From: an uncultured delta proteobacterium
Lineage (GTDB): Bacteria > Desulfobacterota > Binatia > UBA9968
DNA: 64,000 nt
NCBI GenBank assembly: GCA_963771465.1
Contig: CAVYTU010000011.1
Location: forward strand, 128,001-192,000
Reading direction: 5' to 3'
Position numbers and translations under genes: made by a program
The notes under the pieces: model-generated
Told to the model about the DNA's origin: nothing
What the model saw: the letters and a program-made list of their open reading frames with translations, nothing else
Database searches by the model: none
Shown here: positions 18,822 through 28,866 of the stretch, in pieces
How positions within the stretch are numbered: the first letter of the stretch is position 1
How the letters are laid out: each line of letters opens with the position of its first letter

Positions 18822-19925
18822 TTACTCGGCGAGAAGTTTTTTTACTTTCTCGATCACCTCGGGACTCTGTTCGATCACTTCGCGCGCCAACTTTTGCAAT
18901 TGCTCTCCCGGCGTGTAGTCGACATCCAGGTTGCTCTTCTTTGCTTCAGCGAGCAGCTCGGGGTCCTTGAGCGCTTGAGCGTAAGCGGCGCGCAGCATCT
19001 TCACCAGTTCAGGGCGCGTGCCCGGCGGCGCGATCATCGCCCGGCCGAAATCGTTTGCTGTGAGAACCGTTTCGGCGACGCTTCGGCTTACCTGCGGGGT
19101 CTTGTATTCGTTCATGATCTCCCAGATCGTCGGCGTCTCGGGCAGCCTGGGATCGCGCGTGCGCGCGTCCTGCACGAGGTGGCGGTCGTACCGCTTGGCA
19201 TGCCAGGTGTTAAACGGCTCGCGGCCGAAGTGAGATGAGATGTCATGACCGCGGCAAACCACCTCGCCCTTTTCCACGGCAAGATCGATTTCCTTGCCGC
19301 CGGAGTAGCCGACGATAACGTTAAACTTCGCGCCGACGGTTTCTTCCAAAACTTTGGGAAGAATGTAGCCGGAACTGGCAAATCCCGAGGCGCCGCACTT
19401 CGGCGGCTCTTTCGCCTTGATGACATCGCCGATGGTTTTGAACGGCGCGTCGGCGCGAAAGTAAAGCATCTGCGTCCATTTTTCCTGGGTGCCGATCCAC
19501 TCAAATTTGCGCACGTCGAACTTGACCTCGGTGCGTCCGACCAGTTGGGTAAGATAAAGACTGCTGTTCGGTATGCCGACGGTGAGGCCGTCGGGTTTGG
19601 CGACGCTGTAAACGAAATTGGAAGCCACCACGGAGCTCGCCCCGGGCATGTTTTGGACGATGAAGTTCGGGCTCCCCGGAATAAATTTCGGCATGCTGCG
19701 GGCAAACATGCGCGCCCATTGATCGGACAAACCGCCGGCAGTGAAGCCGACGATGATCCGAATCGTCTTGCCCTGGTAATAGGGCTCAGTCTGGGCGTAC
19801 CCCGGAGCCGTTACGGTTCCGTAGAGCAGAATCGAGAGCAGTAACACGTTAATTTTTAACGGATCGCTGCGAAACATTGTCGCAGGCTTCAACGCGCTCA
19901 CCGCATATCGCAATCGTTCAAACAT
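18822..19925 (-). CDS. TctC/Bug-family substrate-binding protein
   Basis: YYQGKTIRIIVGFTAGG, VQNMPGA, AKPDGLT, PPKCG motifs; start may be further downstream. Confidence 0.9.
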   Translation of the reverse strand: MFERLRYAVSALKPATMFRSDPLKINVLLLSILLYGTVTAPGYAQTEPYYQGKTIRIIVGFTAGGLSDQWARMFARSMPKFIPGSPNFIVQNMPGASSVVASNFVYSVAKPDGLTVGIPNSSLYLTQLVGRTEVKFDVRKFEWIGTQEKWTQMLYFRADAPFKTIGDVIKAKEPPKCGASGFASSGYILPKVLEETVGAKFNVIVGYSGGKEIDLAVEKGEVVCRGHDISSHFGREPFNTWHAKRYDRHLVQDARTRDPRLPETPTIWEIMNEYKTPQVSRSVAETVLTANDFGRAMIAPPGTRPELVKMLRAAYAQALKDPELLAEAKKSNLDVDYTPGEQLQKLAREVIEQSPEVIEKVKKLLAE

Positions 19926-20205
19926 TCTATACCTCGCTCCCTGTGTGTTGACCGCGCGCGGCGGCGAGCCGCCACTTTGCGGTAGTTGCTTCTTGCGGCG
20001 GGTGATTAAACGACGTAAGCGCGCTGCTTGTCAAGAAAAGGACTCAGTGTGATTCACTTTGCTGCCGGGATGATCGGGATTTTCATCTAGTATTCCCATC
20101 GAAATCAGACCAGCGATCGTCCTTGACGTTTAATTTGGATCTGCCTTATGTTGCAAACCGCACGAGGTCGCGTTGCTTGGGTCACCAATGCAGATTGGAG
20201 GCGAT

Positions 20206-21237
20206 ATGAAAAAGCTTTACGGATTGTTCATCTTACTTCTCATTGGGACTGCCGATGTCGCAGCGCAAACTCCCTACTTCCAGGGGAAGACCATAAGAAT
20301 TGTCGTCGGCTATCCCACCGCCAGCGCCCATGACCATTGGGCGCGCTTGATTGCGCCGCAGTTGACCAAATATATTCCGGGAAATCCCGCCGCCATCGTT
20401 CAAAACATGCCCGGCGCCGGCTCGATGACCGCGACCAATTATGTTTACAGCGTCGCCAAGCCCGATGGCTTGACCCTCGGTGTCAACAATGCGGCGCTCT
20501 ACTTCGAACAGCTTCTGAAAAAGCGCGAGGTCCAGTTCGATTGGGCAAAGCTCACCTGGGTCGGCAGCACGACGCCGACGACGCCACTCTTGTACATGTG
20601 GGCGAACACTCCCTACAAAACCATTCACGACGTGCGCACGGCATCGGTGCCGCCGAAATGCGGCGTCACGGGCACGGGCAACACCGGCTACTATCTTCCC
20701 AAATTGCTCGAAGAAACCATTGGCGCGAAGTTTCAACTGGTCTTAGGTTATGAAGGCGGCGCGAGCATCGAGTTGGCCGTGGAGCGCGGCGAGGTGCAGT
20801 GCCGCGCCTTTACCATCCAGGTTTTTTTTGGCCGCGAACCGTTTCATACTTGGCGCAGCAAAAACCAAGTGCGCGTACTGGTTCAAGGCGGCAAGAAGCG
20901 CGATCCGCGCTTGCCCGATACGCCGTTGCTTAGCGAGTTGATGGATCAATACAAGGTCTCGGAAGCCAATCGCCGTCTGGTGACCGTGATGATGGGCTCG
21001 GGTGAACTCGGCAGCGCGCCGATGTTCGCACCGCCGGGTGTCGGCGCGGAGCAAGTCAAGATTTTACGCGCGGCCTATGCCAAGGCGCTGACCAGCGCTG
21101 AGCTTATCGCCGAGGCCAAGAAGCAAGGTTACGATGCCGAGTTGATTCACGGCGAGGAGATTGAAGCACTCGCCAAAGAAGTTTTGACCCAGCCGGCCGA
21201 CGTGATCGCGGCGATGAAGAAGGTTATGGGAGAATAA
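20206..21237 (+). CDS. TctC/Bug-family substrate-binding protein
   Basis: ATG 20206 after GGAGG; YFQGKTI, VQNMPGAG, PPKCG, ERGEVQCR motifs. Confidence 0.9.
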   Translation: MKKLYGLFILLLIGTADVAAQTPYFQGKTIRIVVGYPTASAHDHWARLIAPQLTKYIPGNPAAIVQNMPGAGSMTATNYVYSVAKPDGLTLGVNNAALYFEQLLKKREVQFDWAKLTWVGSTTPTTPLLYMWANTPYKTIHDVRTASVPPKCGVTGTGNTGYYLPKLLEETIGAKFQLVLGYEGGASIELAVERGEVQCRAFTIQVFFGREPFHTWRSKNQVRVLVQGGKKRDPRLPDTPLLSELMDQYKVSEANRRLVTVMMGSGELGSAPMFAPPGVGAEQVKILRAAYAKALTSAELIAEAKKQGYDAELIHGEEIEALAKEVLTQPADVIAAMKKVMGE

Positions 21238-21384
21238 CTTCGAACAAACGCTCCGTCCAATTCTCCCAGCCTAGTACGCCGAAGATTCCTTCGGAGTCGT
21301 TCACTCGCTTTGCCGACGTCGGTTTGAATCAGCGGCGCGATTGCGATATTCGCTCATCGTATAAATAGAAAATCTTGGAGGTCA

Positions 21385-22128
21385 TTGGTGCTGGAAAACA
21401 AGGTGGTTGTAATAACCGGCAGCGGCCAGGGAATTGGCAAACATGCCGCGACAACGTTTGCCACGGAAAAAGCTAAAGTCGTGATCGCCGATGTCAACGC
21501 CGAGTTGGCGAAGAAGACGGCGGCGGAACTTAGTCGATTGACCGAAACGGTCGCCATCCCCGCCGACGTGCGCGATGAAGACAGCGTTAAAAAAATGGTT
21601 GACGAGGTGATCAAGCGCTTCGGCCAAATCGACGTGATGATGAACAACGCGGCGATTGTGCCGCATTTCGCCTGGAACATTCCGCGCTGGCCGCTGATTG
21701 CGGACATGCCGTTGGAATTTTGGCACCGTGTGGTTCAAACCAATCTTTACGGCACGTTTTTCGGTACCAAGCATGTCATTCCGCACATGACGAAACGAAA
21801 GGCAGGTCACATCATCAATCTCTATGGCGGCGGTGGCGTCAGACCCGGCGGCGCAGGAACTTACATGGTGACCAAGGACGGCATCCGCACCTTTACCCGT
21901 TACGTGGCGGAGGAAGTTCGCGACTCGAATATCTGCGTCGTGACGTTCTCGCCGCGTGTGCCCATCGCCACCGAGACTGCGCCCGAGGAAGCGCTCAAGC
22001 GTTTGCCCGGGCCGGCGGTCTTGGGAACCGGCTTCGTGCTTTGCGCGCAACTGCCCATGGAGCAGAGCGGCAAGTGCTTCGCCTACGATAACGGCAAGCT
22101 GGTCGATGAAGCGGTGCGGGAAGGATGA
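21385..22128 (+). CDS. SDR-family oxidoreductase
   Basis: TGSGQGIG, NNAA and YMVTK (YxxxK) motifs. Confidence 0.9.
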   Translation: MVLENKVVVITGSGQGIGKHAATTFATEKAKVVIADVNAELAKKTAAELSRLTETVAIPADVRDEDSVKKMVDEVIKRFGQIDVMMNNAAIVPHFAWNIPRWPLIADMPLEFWHRVVQTNLYGTFFGTKHVIPHMTKRKAGHIINLYGGGGVRPGGAGTYMVTKDGIRTFTRYVAEEVRDSNICVVTFSPRVPIATETAPEEALKRLPGPAVLGTGFVLCAQLPMEQSGKCFAYDNGKLVDEAVREG

Positions 22129-22166
22129 GATCGGCGCGAGGCTCGCGGCGTGAGTAGGAGAACCAG

Positions 22167-23186
22167 ATGAAAGTTATCGATGCGGACGCGCATGTGATCG
22201 AGAACGAGTCGACTTGGGATTACATGCTGGAGTCCGAGCGGGCATTCAAACCGAAAGTCGTTGGCGCGACCAGCGCCAAAGACCCGTTCGATTATTGGAT
22301 GATCGATGGCCGGGTGATTCCGCGTAACAACGTCGGCCGCGATCTGCCGGTGGCGGCGCGCGAGATGAGCGATTTGAGCGTGCGCATTAAACATATGGAT
22401 GAATTGGGCATCGACTGCCAAGTGATCTATCCGACTTTTTTCATCACGCCGGTGAGCCGGCGGCCGGACATCGATTTCGCTGTGTCGCGGAGTTACAACC
22501 GCTGGATGGCGGACATCGTAAAGAAAGCACCCGATCGTTTTCGCTGGGTGCTCGTGCCGCCGTTGCAGAGCACTGAGCATCTTTCCGAAGAGCTAAAGTT
22601 CGGCAAAGCGAACGGCGCCTGCGGTGTCTACATGCGCGGCCTGGAGGTCGAGCGGAGTCTCAGCGATCCTTATTTCTTTCCATTGTACGAGCAGGCGAGC
22701 GCGCTGGACTTGCCGATCTGCGTGCACTCGGCCAACGGCGCGTTTACGACTTATGATTTCTTCGCCGACGATCCGGGCTTTTCCAAATTCAAACTCGCCG
22801 TCATCGGCGCGTTTCATTCGCTGGTCTTTCACGCCATCCCGCAACGCTTCCCGAAATTGAAAATGGGCATCATCGAAGTGAGCGCTCAGTGGATTCCCTA
22901 CGCTGTCCATGATTTGTCGCGGCGCTTCGCCCGGCGCGGCCGGTCGTTTCCAAAAAATGTCTTGAAAGAAAATCGCATTTACGTAACTTGCCAGACCGAC
23001 GACGATCTCGATCACGTGCTGGGCTATGCCGGCGACGACAATCTAGTCATCGGCACGGATTATGGCCACGCGGATAACGCGGTCGAAATCGAAGCGCTGA
23101 GGAAACTGCGCACGGATGGGAAAATCAGCGGGCAGGTGGTCGACAAGATCTTGGCCGACAACCCGCGCGCTTTATACGGTCTGTGA
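22167..23186 (+). CDS. Amidohydrolase_2-family protein
   Basis: IDADAHVIE, YPT, ICVH, GTDYGH motifs. Confidence 0.9.
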   Translation: MKVIDADAHVIENESTWDYMLESERAFKPKVVGATSAKDPFDYWMIDGRVIPRNNVGRDLPVAAREMSDLSVRIKHMDELGIDCQVIYPTFFITPVSRRPDIDFAVSRSYNRWMADIVKKAPDRFRWVLVPPLQSTEHLSEELKFGKANGACGVYMRGLEVERSLSDPYFFPLYEQASALDLPICVHSANGAFTTYDFFADDPGFSKFKLAVIGAFHSLVFHAIPQRFPKLKMGIIEVSAQWIPYAVHDLSRRFARRGRSFPKNVLKENRIYVTCQTDDDLDHVLGYAGDDNLVIGTDYGHADNAVEIEALRKLRTDGKISGQVVDKILADNPRALYGL

Positions 23187-23213
23187 TTTCCGTAAAACTT
23201 TGGAGGACGTTGC

Positions 23214-24251
23214 ATGTTAAGCATCGATGCTGACGCTCATGTCATCGAGTGCGAGAAGACGTGGGATTATTTAGAAGGTAGCGACAAACGCTATCGCCCT
23301 GTGCCGATCGCCGTCGACATGCCGACGGGCAAGAAAAGCAACTTTTGGATCATCGGCGGACGCTTGATCGGCGGGCGCGATAACATCGGCCAAGATACTT
23401 CCAAAGAGTCGCGCGAAATGGCTAACATCGACTCGCGCTTGAAACACATGGACGAGATCGGCACCGGCGTACAGGTACTTTATCCGACGCTGTTCCTGCG
23501 GCCGGTGACGGACGATCCGCGCATCGAGCTCGCGCTTTGCCGTTCGTATAATCGTTGGATGGCCGATATCTGGTCGAAGGATAAGAAGCGCTTGCGCTGG
23601 GCGGTGCAGTTGCCACTCTTGTCGATGGATGAAGCCCGGGATGAATTGCGTTGGTCGAAAGGCAACGGAGCTTGCGCGGTTTTTATGCGTGGCATCGAGA
23701 CCAATCACGTCTTACACGATCCGTATTTTTTTCCGCTCTACGAAGAAGCGAGCCGGCTCAACCTGCCGATCGGCATTCATTCGGGAATAGGCAACTTCAC
23801 CGTCAACGACATGCTCGGCGGCGAGCCGTTTCGGGTCGCCAAGCTGATCGTCATCGGCGGCTTTCATTCGATGATCTTGAACGGCATCTTAGAAAAGTTC
23901 CCCAAGCTGCGCGTCGGCGCCATCGAAGTGGCGGCGCAGTGGGTGCCCTATATCGTTCACGATTTGAATCTGCGTTTTCCCAAGCTCGAAGGCAAAGAAG
24001 CGCGGCCCGACGTGCTGAGCGGCAGCAGCCAGCTATTCGTCGCCTGCCAGACCGACGACGATCTCCCCTACGTGCTCAAGTACGCCGGCGAGAATTGCTT
24101 GATGATCGGTTCGGACTACGGCCACGCCGACAATGCCAGTGAATTACTCGCGCTGGCAAAGCTCAAAGAGAACGGCGCGATCGATCCCAAGGTGATCGAC
24201 AAGATTCTTTACCATAATCCGGCGAAGTTTTATGGCTTGGATGTGGATTGA
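23214..24251 (+). CDS. Amidohydrolase_2-family protein, tandem paralog
   Basis: IDADAHVIE, YPT, IGIH, GSDYGH motifs. Confidence 0.9.
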   Translation: MLSIDADAHVIECEKTWDYLEGSDKRYRPVPIAVDMPTGKKSNFWIIGGRLIGGRDNIGQDTSKESREMANIDSRLKHMDEIGTGVQVLYPTLFLRPVTDDPRIELALCRSYNRWMADIWSKDKKRLRWAVQLPLLSMDEARDELRWSKGNGACAVFMRGIETNHVLHDPYFFPLYEEASRLNLPIGIHSGIGNFTVNDMLGGEPFRVAKLIVIGGFHSMILNGILEKFPKLRVGAIEVAAQWVPYIVHDLNLRFPKLEGKEARPDVLSGSSQLFVACQTDDDLPYVLKYAGENCLMIGSDYGHADNASELLALAKLKENGAIDPKVIDKILYHNPAKFYGLDVD

Positions 24252-24254
24252 GGA

Positions 24255-24283
24255 TCGTGACTCGTGATTCGTGCTCGTGGATC
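24255..24283. repeat. TCGTGA-like tandem repeat
   Basis: tcgtgac tcgtgat tcgtgc tcgtgga. Confidence 0.55.
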
Positions 24284-24321
24284 ATGTCGTGCGCGAAAAG
24301 TTTCGATGACGAAGGCAGAAG

Positions 24322-25467
24322 ATGGCTGACATGTTCGATCTTGTGCTAACCGGCGGCACGGTTCTCAATCCGGCGACGAAGACGAACCAAAAGCTTGATG
24401 TTGCAGTCGCTGGTAACAAAGTGGCGGCGATTCAAGCGAACATTCCCCGCACCGGGGTGAAGCGCGTCATCGATGTAACGGGTTGCTACGTGACGCCGGG
24501 CTTGATCGACTTCCACGTGCACAGCTATTGGGGCGTGAATCCGTACGGCTGCGATCTCGACGCACTTTGTCTTGCTTCCGGTGTGACGACGGCATTCGAC
24601 GCCGGTTCGGCCGGGCCGGTGAACCTGCTGGGCTTTCGCAAGCTCGTGTACGAGAGATCGAAGACCCGCATGATCGGCTTCGTTGCGCTGGCTCAGCATG
24701 GCGTGTTGAACGAACCGGGCGAGCTGCTCAATTTAGGCTTCGCCGATCTCGACGGCTCGGCGCAGGCGGTGATCGACAACCGCGACATCGGCGTCGGCAT
24801 CAAAGTGCGCCTGCACAAAAAATCCATCGGCGACAACAGCCGCGCGGCGCTGCGCCTGGCGATCAAAGCCGGCGAAGCATCGGGCACGCCGATCATGGTG
24901 CATGTCGGCAGCACGGCGATCGGCATGGATGAGATCGCCGATACTTTACGCCCGGGTGACATCATCACGCACTGCTACACGCCGCAAAAACCTTCGATCA
25001 TCGACGAGCAGGGAAGGCTTTTGCCTTTGGTTCGCAAGGCCAAAGAACGAGGGGTGATTTTCGACGTCGGCCATGCCGGCGGCCATTTTGATTTCGGCCT
25101 CGTCGAACGCGCTATGGGTGAAGGTATCATCCCCGATGTCATCAGCTCCGATCTGCATGGCCGCTTGAGCCAGCCGGGCTTCGGCGTCGTCGGAGATCTG
25201 CCGACGACGTTGACGAAGTTCTTGCCGCTCGGTCTGAGCTTGGAAAAGATTATCGCCAGCTGCACGGTGGACGCCGCGCGCGTGGTCGGCTGGCAAGACC
25301 GCATCGGCAGTTTGGAAGTCGGCCGCGAGGCTGACATCGCTGTGCTGCAGGTCGTTAACGAACCGATCAAGCTGCGCGATTCGGTCGGCGGCGAGAAAAC
25401 CCACGGACAACGCATTGCCGCGAAGTGGACGGTGCGCGCCGGCGAAGTGTTTGCAGGGCGATGCTAG
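24322..25467 (+). CDS. Dihydroorotase-like amidohydrolase/deacetylase
   Basis: PGLIDFHVH, DAGSAG, GIKVR, MVHVG, DIITHCY, DVGHAG, ISSDLH motifs. Confidence 0.9.
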   Translation: MADMFDLVLTGGTVLNPATKTNQKLDVAVAGNKVAAIQANIPRTGVKRVIDVTGCYVTPGLIDFHVHSYWGVNPYGCDLDALCLASGVTTAFDAGSAGPVNLLGFRKLVYERSKTRMIGFVALAQHGVLNEPGELLNLGFADLDGSAQAVIDNRDIGVGIKVRLHKKSIGDNSRAALRLAIKAGEASGTPIMVHVGSTAIGMDEIADTLRPGDIITHCYTPQKPSIIDEQGRLLPLVRKAKERGVIFDVGHAGGHFDFGLVERAMGEGIIPDVISSDLHGRLSQPGFGVVGDLPTTLTKFLPLGLSLEKIIASCTVDAARVVGWQDRIGSLEVGREADIAVLQVVNEPIKLRDSVGGEKTHGQRIAAKWTVRAGEVFAGRC

Positions 25468-25564
25468 AGATTATATTTGTCAAGAAGAGCGTCTAATCTA
25501 TTTTACCAACGTGCAGTTCTTACGGGCAAGGTGAACTTGCCCTTTGATCGTGTGGAGGAAGAAA

Positions 25565-26596
25565 ATGCGAAAAAAGATTCTATTTTCATTGTTAGTCCTG
25601 GTTGGGTCAGCTACTTCGGTGACGGCACAGTCGCCTTACTATCAAGGCAAGACGATTACTATTATCACCGGCAGCCAGACTGGCGATCTCTATGACATTT
25701 ACGCGCGCATGATCGCGACGCATATGGGCAAGCATGTTCCCGGCGCGCCGAATATTCTGGTGCAGAACATGACTGGCGCGGGCCACATTGTCGCGGCGAA
25801 TTTTGTTTATAGTGTGGCCAAACCCGACGGCCTGACGTTGCTTGCGCCGAACCCTAATCTTTACATCGATCAACTGATCGGTCGGCCTGAGATTAAATTT
25901 GACTGGGCCAAGTTTATCTGGCTGGGCAATGCGTCGCGCACGACCGACTTGCTTTACATGCGGTCGGACAGTCCATTTAAAACCATCGACGACGTGCGCA
26001 GCGCCAAGGAACCGCCCAAGTGTGGCGCTACCGGCACCGGCACGACCGGCTACACGGTGCCGCGACTGTTGGAGGAGACCATCGGCGCGAAATTTAACTT
26101 GGTCACGGGATACAAAGGCGGCAACGAAGTCGATCTGGCGGTGGAGCGCGGCGAAATACAATGCCGGGCATTCAGTCTCACGGCATTTTTCGGCCGCGAA
26201 CCGTTTCACACTTGGAGAAAAACCAACTTCGTGCGCGCGATCATTCAGCTCGGGGCCAAGCGCGACAGCCGGTTGGCCGACGTACCGACCCTCAATGAGC
26301 TGATGGAGCGCCATAAAACTCCCGATGTCGGCCGGCGGCTGGCGATGTTGATCACGGCGTCGGAGATCTTCCAGCGTCCGTACATGGCTCCGCCTGGCGT
26401 GCGTCCCGAACAGGTTAAAGTCTTGCGCGACGCGTTCCAGAAGACTTTGAAAGACACGGCGTTCTTGGACGAAGTGAAGAGCAGGAAGCTTGACGCCGAG
26501 TATACTTCAGGCGAAGAGATGGACGCTCTGGCCAAAGAGATGATGTCGCAGCGACCGGAGATTATCGAGCGGTTGAGAAAAATTCTTGGAAATTAG
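25565..26596 (+). CDS. TctC/Bug-family substrate-binding protein
   Basis: ATG 25565 after GGAGG; YYQGKTI, AKPDGLT, PPKCG, ERGEIQCR motifs. Confidence 0.9.
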   Translation: MRKKILFSLLVLVGSATSVTAQSPYYQGKTITIITGSQTGDLYDIYARMIATHMGKHVPGAPNILVQNMTGAGHIVAANFVYSVAKPDGLTLLAPNPNLYIDQLIGRPEIKFDWAKFIWLGNASRTTDLLYMRSDSPFKTIDDVRSAKEPPKCGATGTGTTGYTVPRLLEETIGAKFNLVTGYKGGNEVDLAVERGEIQCRAFSLTAFFGREPFHTWRKTNFVRAIIQLGAKRDSRLADVPTLNELMERHKTPDVGRRLAMLITASEIFQRPYMAPPGVRPEQVKVLRDAFQKTLKDTAFLDEVKSRKLDAEYTSGEEMDALAKEMMSQRPEIIERLRKILGN

Positions 26597-26706
26597 TTTT
26601 TTGTAGCTCGTCGGGTGAGTCTCGCAAATTTTCTCAAGAGACGCTGATTACGATTCGGCATTGTGCAAGTACACAGTGTACCATTCCTCTACAGTTGGAG
26701 GTGATC

Positions 26707-27414
26707 ATGGGTTCATCATGGGAAAATGTAAGTGTCGATGATTCCAAAATGCACACCTACGTCAGCGTGTCGGAAGGGTCGAGCAAAGTTCCCGGCATCG
26801 TCGTTGTTCAAGGCCAGACCGGAGTCAATGATTTTTTGAAGTTCTCAGATATGGTCGCGACGAACGGATTCGTTGCGGCGGCGCCGGATCTCTATCATCG
26901 CGATCCTGCGGATTGCAAAGACGATGCACCGACGCGGCGCATGCGTTTGACCGATGCGACCGTGATCGCGGACGTTAACGCGACCGTCAGTTATTTGAAG
27001 ACACATCCTGCGGTCGACTCCGCTCGTATCGGTATCGTCGGTTTCTGCATGGGCGGGCGCGCGGTGTATCTCATGTCAGCGTTAAATGCCGATCTCAAAG
27101 CCGGCGTGATGTACTACGGCGGCGATCCGTTTCATGCCTGGGGCGATGCCCCATCGCCCTTCGATCGCACGGCGCAAATTCACTGCCCGATCATGGGCCA
27201 CTTCGGCGAAGACGATAAAAATCCGTCGCCGGCAGACATGAGGAAGCTTGACACCGAGATGACGCGTCTCGGCAAGCTCCATGAGTTTCACTCCTATGCG
27301 AATGCGGCCCACGCCTTTGCAAACTTCGGTTCAGCCGCATACCGCGAGCACGCGGCCACGGCGTCGTGGCCGAGGACATTTGGTTTTTTTGCCAAGCATC
27401 TTAAAAAGACTTGA
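26707..27414 (+). CDS. Dienelactone hydrolase-family protein
   Basis: GFCMGG nucleophile motif, GEDD, AAHAF; ATG 26707 after GGAGGTG. Confidence 0.9.
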   Translation: MGSSWENVSVDDSKMHTYVSVSEGSSKVPGIVVVQGQTGVNDFLKFSDMVATNGFVAAAPDLYHRDPADCKDDAPTRRMRLTDATVIADVNATVSYLKTHPAVDSARIGIVGFCMGGRAVYLMSALNADLKAGVMYYGGDPFHAWGDAPSPFDRTAQIHCPIMGHFGEDDKNPSPADMRKLDTEMTRLGKLHEFHSYANAAHAFANFGSAAYREHAATASWPRTFGFFAKHLKKT

Positions 27415-27421
27415 GGTGGCC

Positions 27422-27471
27422 CCGTTCAATTCGTTCAAAAAGTTCAAATCGTTCCGCTTCGCAGCTTGAAC
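27422..27471. repeat. GTTCAA tandem repeat between convergent genes
   Basis: cgttcaatt cgttcaaaa agttcaaat cgttcc...cttgaac; 9-nt period. Confidence 0.7.
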
Positions 27472-27474
27472 TTA

Positions 27475-28470
27475 CTACCGGTAGAGTTTGTCGATAAACC
27501 CTTCCTTTTCCAATTCCGCGACAGTCGAATCGTCGACGATATCGTCGACTTTTACCGTTGAAGCTGGTTTCTTAGCCAACGCCTCTTTCAGCTGGATCTC
27601 CATGCCTTCTCGGCCGACGTAAGGCGCGCGTTCGAATAGTTTGGCGTTGATCTCGTAGGCGGCTTCTAAGTAGGCCTCGTTATTCTGGCGTGAATATTTC
27701 GCCAGGATTTGTTTACTCTCTTCCTTGCGCGTCTTGAAGAATTGTACGCCTTCGGTCAGCGCCATGACCAAACGCTTGACGGTTGCGCGGTTTGTCGACA
27801 GGAAGCTTCTTGTCGTCGTGCCGCAAATGTACGGAAACGGGTAAGGCTTTTGAAACTCCGCGGTGCTGATCAGTACTCGCTGCGGCACGCCTTTGGTCAG
27901 ATGCAAGACTCCTGGAGGCGCGGGGAAAGCAGCGATCCTGCCGGTGCGAAATGCCGCGGCCCGTTCACCGCCGCCGCCGACTTGGATGATCGCCACGTCT
28001 TTATCCGGTTCCAAGCCAAGATTTCTAAGAAACACCCGCGCGATCACATCCGATGAACTGCCGATGCGACTGATGCCGAGACTTTTGCCTTTGAGTTGCT
28101 GCGCGGTTTTGATCGAGTCCTGGACGATGAGCTCATACGGCAGTGTATTCATAAAACAAGCGACGGCGACCAGGTTGGCGCCACCGACGGCGGCGCTGGC
28201 GATGGTGCCGCCGGTGCCATTGCCGAATTTCAGTTGGCCGGCAACGAGAACCGCGACGTTGGTCGATGAAGCCGGTATGAAGATCGACTCGACCTCCAAG
28301 CCGTATTTTTTGTACAAGCCTTTTTCCTGGGCGATGTACCAGTTGGCGCTCGGCGCGTCGATGGAGCTGTAGGACACCGTGAGCTTTTCCTGAGCGGAGG
28401 GATTATCGACCGCAAAGAGCGCAAAGTACACAAGGAATAATAACCCGCGCGCTGTTTTAGGCGTCGTCAT
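27475..28470 (-). CDS. ABC-type substrate-binding protein (NMT1/SsuA-like)
   Basis: Signal peptide; EKGLYKKYGLEVE, QLKGKSLGISRIGS, GLEPDKDV motifs. Confidence 0.85.
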   Translation of the reverse strand: MTTPKTARGLLFLVYFALFAVDNPSAQEKLTVSYSSIDAPSANWYIAQEKGLYKKYGLEVESIFIPASSTNVAVLVAGQLKFGNGTGGTIASAAVGGANLVAVACFMNTLPYELIVQDSIKTAQQLKGKSLGISRIGSSSDVIARVFLRNLGLEPDKDVAIIQVGGGGERAAAFRTGRIAAFPAPPGVLHLTKGVPQRVLISTAEFQKPYPFPYICGTTTRSFLSTNRATVKRLVMALTEGVQFFKTRKEESKQILAKYSRQNNEAYLEAAYEINAKLFERAPYVGREGMEIQLKEALAKKPASTVKVDDIVDDSTVAELEKEGFIDKLYR

Positions 28471-28491
28471 TGGGCCTCCGTTTCGCGTGGC

Positions 28492-28520
28492 ATACTAGTG
28501 AAGGATTCTATTTCGGTCAA
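28492..28520 (-). promoter_or_regulatory. Sigma70-type promoter
   Basis: TTGACC-17 nt-TAGTAT upstream of the SBP gene; a divergent TTGACG at ~28528 faces the Lrp-like gene. Confidence 0.5.
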
Positions 28521-28578
28521 GGCGCCGTTGACGATAGTGTATTACGTCGGTTACTGTTCGAGCTGAAGGAGATCAAAC

Positions 28579-28863
28579 ATGCTCTCTGCTATCGTGCTGT
28601 TAAACACTGAACGAGACAAAACCAACAAGGTGGCTGAATCTCTCGCCGACCTCGACGGCGTGTCGGAGGTGTATTCGGTCGCGGGCCGCTACGACTTGGC
28701 GGCGATCGTACGCGCGAACGATAACGACCAGCTCGCCAAAGTCGTCACCGAAAAAATTCGCGCCGTGCCGGGCATCACCGGCTCAGAAACGCTCATCGCT
28801 TTTCGCGTCTACTCGCGCCATGATTTAGAGCGGATGTTCTCCATCGGCATGGAAAACCCGTAG
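28579..28863 (+). CDS. Lrp/AsnC ligand-binding (RAM) domain protein without HTH
   Basis: 94 aa; GVSEVYSVAGRYDLAAIV...SETLIAF. Confidence 0.85.
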   Translation: MLSAIVLLNTERDKTNKVAESLADLDGVSEVYSVAGRYDLAAIVRANDNDQLAKVVTEKIRAVPGITGSETLIAFRVYSRHDLERMFSIGMENP

Positions 28864-28866
28864 CTT

